Source: Vulcanimicrobiota bacterium
GTDB lineage: Bacteria; Vulcanimicrobiota; Vulcanimicrobiia; Vulcanimicrobiales; Vulcanimicrobiaceae
Reading direction: 5' to 3'
Assembly (NCBI GenBank): GCA_963714015.1
Contig: OY970223.1
Location: 2,432,001-2,496,000, forward strand
Length of the DNA stretch: 64,000 nucleotides
Part shown: positions 34,418 through 46,523 of the stretch, piece by piece
Position numbering within the stretch: position 1 is the first letter of the stretch
How the letters are laid out: each line of letters opens with the position of its first letter
The notes under the pieces: generated by a model
What the model was told of the DNA's origin: nothing
The model's database searches: none
Seen by the model: only the letters and a program-made list of their open reading frames with translations
Program-made: the position numbers and the translations under genes

Positions 34418-36221
34418 ATGTATTACGTGCGCGCCGCAGCACTGCTTGCAGTGCTGGGGTCAATCATTGCTTTCACGGGGTGCAGCGGAGGATCGGGCGT
34501 TACGCCCGGCACGCTGCCCGCGGCGCCGGTCAATCAGAATCCGGCGGTACATCCAAGCAGTTTCGCAATAGAACCATCTCAGAGCAGCCTTTCTTTAGTA
34601 GAAGGGCCGATCGTGCTATTGCAGCCGAACAACGGATTTCAAATCAATGCCGGCGGAGCACATCGGTCACATCGACGTTGCCCGAACGCACAGACGCACG
34701 AGTTCTATGGCGGCTTGACGCCGAAGGTCGGCGAATATGCGGTGCTCGTGACGAGCAGCCCGCTGAATGGAAAGTACCTTACGCCGTTACGCGGTCTCGC
34801 TGTACTCTTCGAGCTCCGCCGTCGGGAACACTCACGGGCACCGTTGAGAGCTCGCAATCGTACGGCGTCGCGATCAGACTCGATTCAAACGGCTCATACG
34901 TTGCGGTCGGCATCAGCTCCTCGACGACAAATCTCCGGATCGATTTCGGTCGGACCGCACATCAACTCGAGCGGGTATGGGAGCGCCGCGACCGCAAGCT
35001 ATCCGAGCAGCATCACCGGGCGGGGTCGGTGGAACGCCTACACCCGCGCCTACGTCCACGCCGCAAGGGCGGCGTGCCGCAGCACCTTATCACTGCCGAT
35101 TATTTCGAGGGTGATGTTTGGGACGACCAAGGTTTCGCCGTCGCAAGCGGCTCCGTATCTGACGTGGGCCCAGACTGCGGCGAATGATGCTTCGGGGATT
35201 AAGGCCGCCGGCATTCACACGCAGATCTACGTCGATCCGAACCGCGTGGGAACAACGGATCCGCTTTACGGGTACATGAGCGAATCGGATTTCGCGCACA
35301 CTTGCTCCAACAGCCGCATTACGATTGGCGGATCGCAGTACATCACCAATTTCGGATATAGCGGCATGGCGCAAGTCGTGAACGAATATCTTACTTCCAA
35401 AGAGGAACAGGGGCCCATCGACAACGTGTTCATCGACAACGGCGGCGCGCTGTCGGCCTACGACGAGTATTCGAAAATAACGCCAAGTATGCCGTGCGGC
35501 TACTCCGATCGCCGAATGGACGCAATACGAACTTACGGCGTACCAATCGTTCAACAGACCGCTCATCGTCAACGGGCTGGAAGCCTTCACTGCGAGCGGC
35601 GGACTTTCGCCGGTGCTCTCACTCTTAGCGGACAGCAACGTCCAAGGCGGGGATTTGGAGGGATGCTACTCCGACGAGCAGCATGCGATAGAAGGCCAGG
35701 GCGCCTGGCCGCTCATCGAAAATACCGAGATCACCGTCAACAACGAAAACAAGACGTTCGAATGTATGGCGCGCGATCAGTCACCCGCGGACGAGTCATA
35801 CCCGGAACGCATCTTCAATCTGGCTTCGTTCTTGCTGACGTACAATCCAAACTACTCGATCTTTGCCGAAGAGTACGCTACGCCGGACGACTTCCACGTT
35901 TTCCCGGAAAGCGGCCTGGTCGCACTCAGTCCCGTCGTGGCCGAGCCGACCGATGTGCAAGGTGTCACAGCGCTGCGCACGTCGACCGGCGTCTATGGCC
36001 GTCAATACAATGCGTGCTATCTGCGCGGCGTCTCGGTAGGACCTTGCGCCGTAGCGATTTCGCGTGACTACGGCGCTCCGCACAGCTGGCCGTATTCCGG
36101 ATACGGGCACACGTTGACGCTTAGCGGAAACGGCGTCCTGGATGGAGGCACCGTCAGCGTGAACGGGCCCGCACCACCGTCGGTGATGCAGCCCTACACC
36201 GCCGTCATCGCCTTCAAGTAA
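34418..36221 (+). CDS. Secreted lipoprotein, paralog 1 of a Cys-rich putative glycoside-hydrolase-like family (multiple frameshifts)
   Basis: SD GGAGG, lipobox FTGC; TADY, LTWAQT, YVDPNR, FAHTC, VFIDN, EGCY, ENTE, ASFLLTY, HVFPES, GPC, GVLDGG shared with paralogs 2 and 3. Confidence 0.7.
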
Positions 36222-36239
36222 CAAGAACCGGAGCGCTGA

Positions 36240-36269
36240 AAAGAGCGTGCCGCATGCGGCACGCTCTTT
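36240..36269. terminator. Bidirectional intrinsic terminator
   Basis: Perfect 30-bp palindrome aaagagcgtgccgcatgcggcacgctcttt between convergent genes. Confidence 0.8.
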
Positions 36270-36304
36270 GTGTCTATCCACGCTTGGGTGTCGATAGTGC
36301 TTAC

Positions 36305-36944
36305 TTAAACGAGGCCCATTTTTATGGCGTGTACGGCTGCTTGCGTACGCGCGTAAATGTTGAGCTTGGAGAATATCCGGCTGACGTGGTTTTTTATCGT
36401 CTTTTCGGAGAGATTCAGCCGCGCTGCTGATTTCCTTGTTCGAAAGTCCTTCGGCAATGAGCCGGATGACTTCCGTTTCGCGGACTGAGAGTTCGTTGAT
36501 GTCCGGCCGTCCGTTGCTCATGCTGCGCCGCCGCAGCAGGCCGCCGGCCACGCGCGGATCGACGTACGTGTCGCCGGAGGCAACCATTTTGACGGCGCGG
36601 ATGAGTTCTGCGGGCGTAATGTCCTTGATGATGTAGCCGTCGGCACCTGCGGCAAGGCAGCATTGCATCATCTCGGCTTGCGGCCGCATGGAAAGGACGC
36701 AGACGCGCGCTTGGGGCGCGGCTTCACGGCACGCGGCCAGCGCTTCGCCTAGTTCGACGGCCCCCCCGTCGACGTCGAGAAGAATCAGGTCCGGCTTGGC
36801 TTTGGCAAGCGCGGCGGTGTAAACCGTTTCGGAATCGCCGACGATTTGCAGAGTCGGGTCCATCGAGAAAACCTGGCAGAGCGCTTTCCCAAAGAGAACC
36901 TGCCCCTCAATCACGTAAATGCGTGCGGTATCAGTGCTAATCAC
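36305..36944 (-). CDS. NarL/FixJ family response regulator, REC plus LuxR HTH (frameshift near 36425)
   Basis: PDLILLDVD, GADGYIIK, LSVRETEVIRLIAEGLSNKEI; shifted frame LSEKTIKNHVSRIFSKL..RTQAAVHAIKMGLV. Confidence 0.9.
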
Positions 36945-37046
36945 GTTGTTCCCTTCGCCTGAAACAGTGTGAGCTAGGTTGTTCACGATGGGCTCGTCGT
37001 GGGCAGTACGCCGAGTCTATCGGTGCAAGCATCCTTCCCAAAATTC

Positions 37047-37181
37047 AGGACCAATCACGCGTTGCTTCCCAAAAGGATGAGTTTGGGTACCCAATGGTCC
37101 CTGACTCGCTTGGGTCGCAAGTCCCGAAAACAAACGTTTTGGAGCACCGCTGGTTGCGTTGAGCCCAGGACTAAAATCATT
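37047..37181. promoter_or_regulatory. Cluster of candidate GGGAC-N4-GTCCC-like boxes in the divergent regulator/paralog 2 promoter
   Basis: GGGTCGCAAGTCCC 37112-37125, TACCCAATGGTCCC 37088-37101, AGGACTAAAATCAT 37168, AGGACCAATCACGC 37047. Confidence 0.4.
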
Positions 37182-37243
37182 AACGGAACGATCCGATACC
37201 GTTAGTGTCGAGCCTCCCTTCCTGTACGTGAAGGGTACCCTAA

Positions 37244-39342
37244 ATGAAATTCTGTTCACCGCAGCGCCGCTTGTTGAGTCTTACGGCCCTTGCTTTTGTC
37301 AGTGCGCTTACAGCATGCGGCGGCGGCGGAGGCGGAGGCGCATTGCCGGCCGCAACTCCGACGAAGGCGCCGGCTCAGCCGTTCCAGATAATTTCCCAGA
37401 ACGGAAACTCGGTTACCGCTTACCGGCATCGTGCCGGGATGATCGCCGGCGGTTTTCAGATTCAGGGCGGACAAGGTCTCGGCTATCTTCACATTTACGT
37501 GAACTCGTCAACCGATCATCGTCGGTCCGGCGCCGTATGTCGGCGAAAACGTCGAAGTAACGTCGGTACCGGATCTCTCAGACGTCGGCAAACATTACTG
37601 CGGTAAACGTCACGTCAGATTGCCTCGCACGTCCGCTCCCGAGCGCGTCGCCCACGCCTCAACGCCTCGCCGCAGCCGGCAGGCACCCGATACCAGTGCC
37701 GAGCGGACGTCGTCTCTGCCGGCGGCCCCGTCAGCAATCCCGGGTTCCGGAATATTCACGATCAATGCCGGCCGCAATTACGGCTCAATGCACATCTACA
37801 CGAACGGCTCTACGAACTTCGCCGGCGGTTCGCCGCAGAATGGACTATATGCGCTCGTTGTCGGGACCGGCCAACTTGGTTATTCACTCAATGCGGTCCA
37901 AGTGTCGATGTTTAGCGCGGCACCCGGTTCCGTTTCCGTTCAGGGCACTGTTTCCGCCGCCACGAGCTATGGATTCTCGCTGAACACGCCATCCGCTCAA
38001 ATACCGATCGTCTTGACGTCTTCAACGGTCGTGGGCGGCGCGCCGCTTACGGTCGGTTCGACCGTAACCGTCAGTGGAACCGGCTCGGCTTCCGTCGCGG
38101 TGCTCGCGGTACAGATCGTCGTTGCAGAACCGACTCCCAATCCGAGCTCCTCTCCTACACCAACTCCCGGTCCCATCGCCATGACGCACGTTCCGACGGC
38201 CGACTATCTCGGCGGTGATTTCGGTAAGACGCACTGGGCGCCGGGGCAATGGGGCGCCGGCAGCGCCGTATTTGACGTGGGCTCAAACGAACGCCGCGGA
38301 TTCGCTTACGATTTCGTCGTTCGGAATCAAGACGCAAGATTACGTCGATCCGAATCGCGTGGCGGTCGGCGATCCGATGTGGGGATACATCTACAACAAC
38401 GAAAACTCGTTCGCGCACACCTGCAGCGGTCTCGCGTGTCATGATGGGTAGCGCAGTACGTAACCGATCCGACGAACGGCACGCTCGAAAGCGAATTCAC
38501 GAACTACGTTACGAACGAATCCGCGGCGGGCCGCTTCAACATGATCTTCGAGGACAACGCAGGACCTCTCGGCGCGTATACGCCGTATGTGACCTTCACG
38601 CCGGGACTTCCGTGCCAGTACTCGGGCGGGAACGGTGACGCCCAATGGACGGCCGGAGAAGAAGCGCTGAACCAGGCGTCTTCTATACCGATTATGGTGA
38701 ACGGACTAGAGAGCCCGTACAACGGCGGGCCCGGGCCTTGTTCTTAACGTACTCTCCGGGAGCTCCAACACCGTGGGCGGCGACTTCGAGCATTGCTACT
38801 CCGACCAGTCACAGCCGAAAACGACGGGCGCGGAATGGAATATATCGGAGAATACCGAGCTCGTCGTCAACAACGAGAATAAGCTCTTCCAATGCATGCT
38901 GCGCAATCTCAACGACGGCGCGGCATCGATCGACGCGAGGATCTACGCCTACGCCTCTTTCTTAATGACGTACTCTGCGCAGAACGACATCTATTGGGAG
39001 GAGTTCGCGACACCCAGTGGTCTGCACGTCTTCCCGGAATCGCAGCTCGTCGCACTCAATCCCAAGGTCGCCGAACCGACCGACGTCAGCGCGCTGCAGC
39101 AGACGGGTGGAACCTACGGCCGTGAATACCAGGATTGCTACATTGCCGGAAACTTCGCCGGGCCGTGCGCAGTCGTGGTCAATCCGGACAATAACTCCGC
39201 GCACACCTTTCCGTTCCCGCAATACCAGCACACGCTGGTGCTGAGCGGCGAGGGCGTGCTGGACGGCGGGACGATGGCAACCAATGGCCCGCCTCCGCCG
39301 GCGTCGTTACCGTCGGGCGAGGCAGCAATCGTCTTCCCGTAG
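37244..39342 (+). CDS. Secreted lipoprotein, paralog 2, with N-terminal small beta-repeat (DUF5666/OB-like) modules and PT linker (multiple frameshifts)
   Basis: Lipobox LTACGGGG; repeated G.V..-F.I..G...I.V-TV.GTG modules; PTPNPSSSPTPTP; same catalytic-like domain as paralog 1. Confidence 0.72.
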
Positions 39343-39365
39343 CCGGTCAGCATGTGAGCACCACG

Positions 39366-39399
39366 AGGACCCGCGGCACCCGCCGCGGGTCCTTTCGTT
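39366..39399 (+). terminator. Intrinsic terminator-like hairpin
   Basis: aggacccgcggc-accc-gccgcgggtcct followed by ttcgtt. Confidence 0.6.
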
Positions 39400-39464
39400 G
39401 CGCCTGACTGGGGACGCGCTGCCCGCTGACAAGGACACGGGTTTTTGGGGTTTCATGAGCAAGG

Positions 39465-40647
39465 ATGAAGCATCGACGTCCGCATGCGCGCTGCTTGTTC
39501 TCGGCCGCTCGCGCTGCTTGGAGCGGCTCCAGCCCACGTTCAGACAGCCGACTACTGGGGCGGATACGCCGGCACGCACAAAGTCCCGGCCGCTCCAGCG
39601 GCCCGCTCGGCTTGACGTGGGCAGAAACGAGTCCGGCCGATTCCGCGACGCTGGCGCAGTTTAGGCGTCAAGACGATTCTCTACAGCAATCCGAACCGCA
39701 TCGAACCCGGCGACACGATGTACTCGATCGGGACGACGTGTTTACGCGCACACATGCGACGGCGTCCGCGTCACAACGCACAGCGAGTGCGCATGACGGA
39801 TCCGACGTCGCCGTCCCTCCTTGCACGATTGGAAGTCGTACGTTCAAAGTCACACGAGCGAGGGCACGTACACGGCGGTCTTTGAAGACGAAGCGGTCGG
39901 AACCGCCTATTCCGCGCAAGCAGCCCTGCGGGTATTCGCTGGACAAATGGATTAGCGGCGAAATCGCAGCTCCAGCGGCGCTCGGTTTTCCCGTGATCTA
40001 CAACGCGCTTTCGGACATGTCCGACCACGACGTCGCGCCAGGAGATCGCGCTCAACCGCACCGCGATCGGCGGCATGATGGAGCAGTGTTACGCGCAGTC
40101 CGCGCCGGATACGCGCTCGTCCGGCTGGCGCTGGACGGCAACCGAAAACACCGAGCTGCGGATGGACGCGCGAAAGGAAATACTTCTTCTGCTACGGCAA
40201 CGATCTGACGCCGGCGGATCGGGCGCTAGAGTCGCGGCGAATACGTCTACGCATCATTTCTGCTTGACTTACGATCCGGCGACCAGCGTGCTTTGGGAAT
40301 ACTACGGCACGCCGTCAGGCGGACACGTCATGCCCGAATCGCAGCTCGTTCCGCTCGATCCCGTTCGTTCATCGGTTGCGATCCGTAGACGATCTTCGAT
40401 CGCCCAGCGGCGTCTACATGCGCGAGTATCGCCGCTGCTTCATCGGCTCCCGTCCCGCCGGACCGTGCATCGTTGCGGTGAATCCTGACGCCGACGCATC
40501 GCATGAAGTCGATCTCTCGACGCTGGCGCCGCGCTGCTCGTGCTTCGCGGTTCGGGCGCCTTCGACGGCGGCAGCATTGCCGTACAAAGCACGTCACAAT
40601 GCCGCGCCTCGCTCGCACCGATGCAGGCAGTAATCGCCTTCCGCTGA
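39465..40647 (+). CDS. Secreted protein, paralog 3, catalytic-like domain only (multiple frameshifts)
   Basis: HVQTADY, LTWAET, YSNPNR, VFEDE, PCGY, EQCY, ENTE, LTYDP, HVMPESQLV, YMREY..C..GPC; ends AVIAFR. Confidence 0.65.
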
Positions 40648-40649
40648 CG

Positions 40650-41838
40650 ATGCGCGTTCTGGCTCTGCTTCGGGATTTTCCATCCGATGCAAATCCGCAA
40701 GCCGGCATCTTCATGCTGCGCCGTCTTCAGGCCGTTGCGCGTTTCGGGACACAGCGTTGAGGTCGTGCGCATCGTTCCCTATGCGCCGCCGCTCGGCGCA
40801 AAATGGGCATCGTATCGCTCCACTCCGGACGAAGAGATCGTCGAGGGCATTCCGGTCCGGGCCATTCGCGCGATCGTCCCGCCCCGTCTGATCGCAATGG
40901 AGACGATCGCCGCCCAAGTGCAGGAACGCTTGTCGCGCGAGATCGAGCGCTTCGGCGCCGACGTGCTGCATGCGAGTTTCCTGATTCCGTGCGGCCACGC
41001 GGCCGTAAGGCAAGCGGTGCCCACAGTGGTCACAGCGCACGGCGTCGACACCTACGGCTGGCCCTTTCGTCGCGCCGGGTTGCAGCGCGCGGCGCGAGAA
41101 GCCCTGCTCAAAGCAACTCGTTTGAGCGCTGTAAGCGGTTTTCTGGCTCGAACGATGCAGCAGCTGGCTCCGCGCGACGTGCGCGTGATTTGGAACGGCG
41201 CCGACGAGCGGCTCTTCCAGCCGTACGATCGTGGCGCTGCGCGCGACGCGCTCGGCCTTCCACGAGATCGGTTCGTCGTCGCGTATGCCGGAAATCTGCT
41301 GCGCGCAAAGGGCGTCTTCGAGCTGATTGAGGCCGCGAGGCAGATCCGGGATCGGAGGCCGCTGCTCTGCTTTGCCGGAGCCGGCGGCGACGAAGAGCAG
41401 CTGCGCGCCGCTGCTTTGAAACTGCAGGTCGATGCGCGATTTTTAGGGCGTCGCCCGCATTCAGAGGTCGCAACGGTTATGGCTGCGTGCGACGTCTTCG
41501 CTCTGCCGAGCTACTACGAGGGGCTGCCCAACGTCGTCTGTGAAGCGATGCTGTCCGCTCGCGCAGTCGTTGCTTCGACTGCGGGCGGCATTCCGGAGAT
41601 CGTGGAGCACGGCGTGACGGGGCTGCTCGTACCTCCTCGCGATGCGATGGCGCTCTCCCGCGCACTCGCCGATCTCGCCGGCGACGTGCAGCGGCGCGAG
41701 TTGTTCGGACGCGAAGCCCACAACTTTGCGACGCGTCATTTGACCTGGGCTGCCGCTTCGCGCAAGTACGAGTCGCTTTACGAAGAGGCGATCGCGGCCG
41801 GCACATCCACCGTGCGGCAGGCGCAAGAGGTCCGGTAA
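40650..41838 (+). CDS. GT4 family glycosyltransferase, TuaC-like (frameshift near 40740)
   Basis: TAHG.D, WNG.D, GNL...KGV, PSYYEGLPNVVCEAM, GGIPEIV. Confidence 0.9.
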
Positions 41839-43158
41839 TGAGCGGCGCGCCGATCGTCGAGTTCGTCAATCATTCGTCCTTCGTCCTAGAGTACGGCGGC
41901 GAACGGCTGATCTGCGATCCGTGGCTCACCGGCACCGCATTCAATCGAGGCTGGCGCCTGCTCTCGACCTCGACTTTTGCTGCGGAAGATTTTTCGACGA
42001 TCACGAAAATATGGTTTTCCCACCAGCATCCCGATCATTTCAGCCCCGGCGACCTGCGCCGCATTCCGCCGGAGATCCGAGCAAAGATCGGCATCCTTTA
42101 TCAGCGTACGCTCGACAAGAAGGTAGTACGTTACTGCGCGGGTCTGAAGTTCGCGAGCACTACCGAGCTTGCACCGCACCGGCCGCTCACGATTGCGGAC
42201 GGCTTCTCGGTGGAATGCAACCCATGGCCGGATCGCGACTCTTGGCTCGTGCTGCGCGCCGGAGATTTCACCGTTCTCAACATGAACGACTGCGTCGTGG
42301 AAGATGTCGAACAAGCGCGCCGCATCGCTCGGATCGTTGGGCCGGTAGACGTGCTTTTCACGCAGTTCTCATATGCGAATTGGGCCGGCAACCCCGGTGA
42401 TACCGAAGCGCACACGCGAGAGGCCCGGCGCAAGCTCGATCAGATCCGCCTGCAGGTCGAGCATTTCAGGCCAAAGTACGTGGTTCCGTTCGCCAGCTTC
42501 GTTTGGTTTTCGCACGAGGAGAACTTCTTCCACAATGCCGGTATGAACCAGGTGGGCGACATTGCCGCGTTTATAGAGCGGGAACTGCAATGCAAAGCAA
42601 TAGTGCTCTATCCGGCGGACCGTTGGCAGGTTGGAGCAGCTCACGATTCGACGATTGCCGTAGAACATTACGCTGCCGACTTCGATCGCGTGCTGGCGCG
42701 CGGGCCGGCGGACAAGGCGCCTTCGGTAGCGCTCGAGCGCATCGAGACCGCTATGAACGGCTATCTGTCGCGAATTAGACGCCGTAATCCGGTAATCGGC
42801 TACATTCCCCGTCTGCGAACGTCGGCGCTGCTGACCGACTACGGCCGCGCATTTGAATTCACGCTCCGGGGAATGCGCGAGATTTCTTCATCGAGCACCG
42901 TTGATTTGCACCTAAGTTCCGACAGACTTGCACTTCGTATTGAAAGCGCCTTGGGGTGTAAACGCCCTCTCCGTCAACGGACGGTTCGTCGTCCCAGACG
43001 GCGGCGATCGAGGGCGCTTCTTCCGCTTTTTCCGGGCCGGCGACTACAACGACCTCGGTTATACGTTCGACTATCGCTGGGCAGCGGGCCAGATCGCCAA
43101 AGCAGCGTCGCGGCGCTTGCGGAACGTCGCCGCTCCGGCAATCCACCCTAGCCCATAG
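41838..43158 (+). CDS. MBL-fold metallo-hydrolase, UlaG/CMAH-like (frameshift near 42925)
   Basis: NHSSF, CDPWL.G.AF..GW, SHQHPDH, NMND, PFAS. Confidence 0.8.
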
Positions 43159-44123
43159 GCGAGATGCATCGTCGCCAGCGCCGCCGGAACGCACCATGCG
43201 GACAATCGAATGCGCAGGTACGCATTGAGAGCAGCATTCAGCAAGAACAGGAAATAAAGCGCCGGCACAATCGCAGCCAGGGGACGCAGCGGCGTCGTGA
43301 CCAATAGGAGCGAAAGCGCTAGTCCTGCGATTAGCGTGGGCGGCGCCAGTGTACGCATCGGTACGGTTCGCGGGTGCAGCAACCGGGTCATGTTGCGCCA
43401 ATACCCGTAGCGGTACATCTGCCTGGCCAAGGCCCGCAGCGTACGCCGAACGTGATACTTCACCTGGATGTGCGGCGAGACCAGCAGCCGCCCTCCTGAG
43501 GCCGCTATCCGGTAATTCATTTCGGAGTCTTCGTCGAACGCGACGCGTTCATCGTACCCGCCTAATGCGCGCAGGACGTCCGCGCGCGTAAAGATGCAGA
43601 ACACGGAATCTGTTTCCGTTTCTTCCTTTGCATATCGGAACTGCGCGTTTCCGACGCCGTAGACGCTCGACATGCACCATGCCACCGCCGATCCGAGCAC
43701 ACCCTCGCCGATTGGTCTTTGGACGCCGCCGACCGCCGTCGTCCCGGTGCGCTGGATTACTTCCAAACACGAGGCCAAGTAGTCCGCGGCGTACTCCGCG
43801 TGTGCGACGATCATTGCGAAGTACTCGCCTTGCGCTTCACGCAGGCCGATGTTCCACGCGTGCACCTGCAATCGTTTCGGATTTTCGATCAAACGAATTC
43901 GCGTGCCGAACTCCGGCATGGCACGAACGAGCCGCGCAGTGCCGTCCGTACTCATTCCATCAATGACGAGAATCTCGAGCTCTCCCGGCAGTCCGCGCTG
44001 GTCCAACAGGCCCTGAAGACATTGCTGGATGTGCCCCTGCTCGTTGTACGTCGCGACGACCGCCGTGACGGTTATGCGATCTGGGCGTACAGGTTGCGCA
44101 GTTTCCGCGCTTCGTTGATCCAC
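43071..44123 (-). CDS. GT2 family glycosyltransferase, ExoA-like
   Basis: YNEQ, IDGMSTDGT, GGYDE...EDSE.NYRI, QMYRYG.W; C-terminal TM helices. Confidence 0.88.
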   Translation of the reverse strand: MDQRSAETAQPVRPDRITVTAVVATYNEQGHIQQCLQGLLDQRGLPGELEILVIDGMSTDGTARLVRAMPEFGTRIRLIENPKRLQVHAWNIGLREAQGEYFAMIVAHAEYAADYLASCLEVIQRTGTTAVGGVQRPIGEGVLGSAVAWCMSSVYGVGNAQFRYAKEETETDSVFCIFTRADVLRALGGYDERVAFDEDSEMNYRIAASGGRLLVSPHIQVKYHVRRTLRALARQMYRYGYWRNMTRLLHPRTVPMRTLAPPTLIAGLALSLLLVTTPLRPLAAIVPALYFLFLLNAALNAYLRIRLSAWCVPAALATMHLAYGLGWIAGAATFRKRRDAALAIWPAAQR

Positions 44124-45203
44124 TGATACCTCTCCAAAACGAGGTCGCGTCCGCGCCGGCCCATGGCTTGCGCGAGATCGGGGTTATCGACGATCCGGCT
44201 TACGGCTTCGGCAATCGCGTCCGGATCGAGGGGATTGACGGCCAGGCCGCAATCGAATTCGGTGACGAGCTCGCTGGCGCGGATCGTCTCCGAGATCACC
44301 ACCGGCAGTCCGGCAGCCATATATTCAAACAGCTTGACCGGCAGCGCATCGGTAAAGTTGGGCGCGGGCCGAAGCGTGATCAAGCCCGACGCGGGCGTGA
44401 CCGAAGAACGCGTGCGACGTCGGGGCGATTGCACCATCCCAAGAAATCGGCTTTCTGCCACGCCGGCATGGCACGAACGCGCTGCTCGAGGGTCTCGTCT
44501 TCGAATTGACCGGCCAAGCGTCAGACGGATTCCTTCGTTCATTTTCGGCGATGCGAACGCTTCCATCAGTTCGATGATGCCGCGCAATTCCGTGATGTTG
44601 CCTAAGATACACGGCGTGTCGCGGCCGGCTGGCGAAGTCACCGGCATCCGGTGATCTGCATTTCGTCCAGGCGCGGATAGTTGCAGACGACCACGGCGTT
44701 GCCGTCGGGAAAGAGTTTGGCGATACCGGGCGTTGCCGCAACGACAGCGCTGTAGCGCCCGTGCAGCATACGCAGCGCAGAATTTCGCCAGCGCGCCGAC
44801 GGTGCGCGCAAGGGCCGCGGAATCCAGTGTTTGTCGGCGATGTCGTTCGGGATGTCCTCATGCACGTCGAAGATGACGCGCGCACCGCGCATTTTCAGCA
44901 ATAGGCCGACGAAGATCAACTCGGGATCGTGAAAATGATAGAAGTCGGCGTCCTCTTCGATCGCCGCGCGCAGCAGCCGACGCATTGTGGACGTCATGCG
45001 CTCCAAGCGATTGCGCGGCAGCGGAAGCGAACGCAAACGAACGCCCGTCGGGAAGGCCGGTCGCTGAGCCGGGCGCGATCAGCACGACGTCATAGCCGGC
45101 TTCGGCCAAAGCCGCGCACTCGCGATACGCGATGCGCGTGTCCGCGGGTGTGTGAACCGACGTCAAGTGAGCGACCTTCTGTCTGCTTTGCGGCGCTGCG
45201 CAT
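44072..45203 (-). CDS. GT4 family glycosyltransferase (multiple frameshifts, start approximate)
   Basis: HLTSVH...[32 protein letters not shown]. Confidence 0.85.
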
Positions 45204-45318
45204 CTGCCGCTTTATCGTGTCAGACGCGACCCCGCAAAGGCGACGGGGAAAAGTCCTAGCAGGCGGGGTCCATCGGCGCCGACGTCGCGGGCGCCCGGCA
45301 CGGTAGACTTAGACCTGA

Positions 45319-46523
45319 ATGAAGCGGTTGCTCTTGATTGCGTATGCCTTCCCGCCGGACCCATCGCCCGGTGCGCAGCGGCCCGGATACCTGGCCAAGT
45401 ACCTGCCGCAATTCGGATGGGAAGCCCATGTAGTCACGCGGGCTTGCGGAGACACTAAATGGGCAGAACCACGCCCCGCAAAGCCGGCGCGCATATCGCC
45501 GAACTCGCCGCTGCGTACGTTCCTGCGCACCGCCAAGGAATCACTCCTTATCCCCGACCGCGCGGCGCCCTGGATTCCCTATGCCTTGAAAACCGGACGG
45601 CAACTGCTTGCGCGAGAGCGCTTCGACGCGATTCTCGGAACTGCGCTTCCGGCAAGCGTACACATCGTCGCGGCCATACTTGCCCGCGAAAGCGAACTCC
45701 CATGGATAGCGGATTATCGCGACCCGTGGACGGGAAATCGCTACGTTCGACGCAACGCGTTACGCCGCGCGCTGGAGTCTTCGGTCGAGAAGCGACTTCT
45801 GCGCAGAGCGGACGTCATAACGACGATTTCGCAGCCAATCGCCGATCAGTTGCAGAGCGTGCAGGGCGCAACGAAATCGTCGTAATTCCTAACGGATACG
45901 ATGCGTCGGAATGGCAGGGCTTGGCCGCGGAGCCGCCTGCCGGCTTTAGGCTTTGCTATACCGGCTCAATGTATGACGGAAAACGCACCCCGGATCTGTT
46001 GTTCGCCGCGATCGCCCGGCTTCGCGAGGAACGGCATCCCGCCGGCATGCAAGTCCGGGTCGACTTCTACGGACCCAGCAGCGACAACGTCATTCCCGCT
46101 GCCCACGAGCACCAAGTCGCAGACGCCGTTACGCACCATGGTATCGTACCGCGCACAAGAGCAATGCAAGCCCAAGCCGGCTCCGCGGGACTATTGATTT
46201 TTCTCAACATGGATCCGGGAACGGCATCGGAAACCGGGAGCAAGTACCTGGAATACCTCGGCGCCCGAAAGCCTATTGTGGCATTAGGGCCGCAGGAGAG
46301 CGTGATGCGCGGGCTCATCGAGCGGAATGGCCTGGGCTATTTCGCTTCGAACTCCGACGACGCCGCGCATGCCCTAAAGCTGCTCCACGATCGCTACGTT
46401 TCGGGCCACTGTTCGATCGATCCGGACCCACGTCAATTTCCGAACGCGATCGATCTAGCGGGCGCTTTCGCCGCGGAGTTGGACGAAGCGATTACCGCAG
46501 GAAGTCGCGCGCGCGTTGCATAG
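45319..46523 (+). CDS. GT4 family glycosyltransferase (frameshift near 45865)
   Basis: LLIAYAFPP, WIADYRDPW, IPNGYD, YTGSMY, KYLEYLGA.KPI. Confidence 0.85.

Noticed and set aside
35796..36304. Long C-terminal extension on the LuxR regulator
   Set aside because: Artefact of the indel near 36425; the shifted frame gives a normal HTH ending at 36305.
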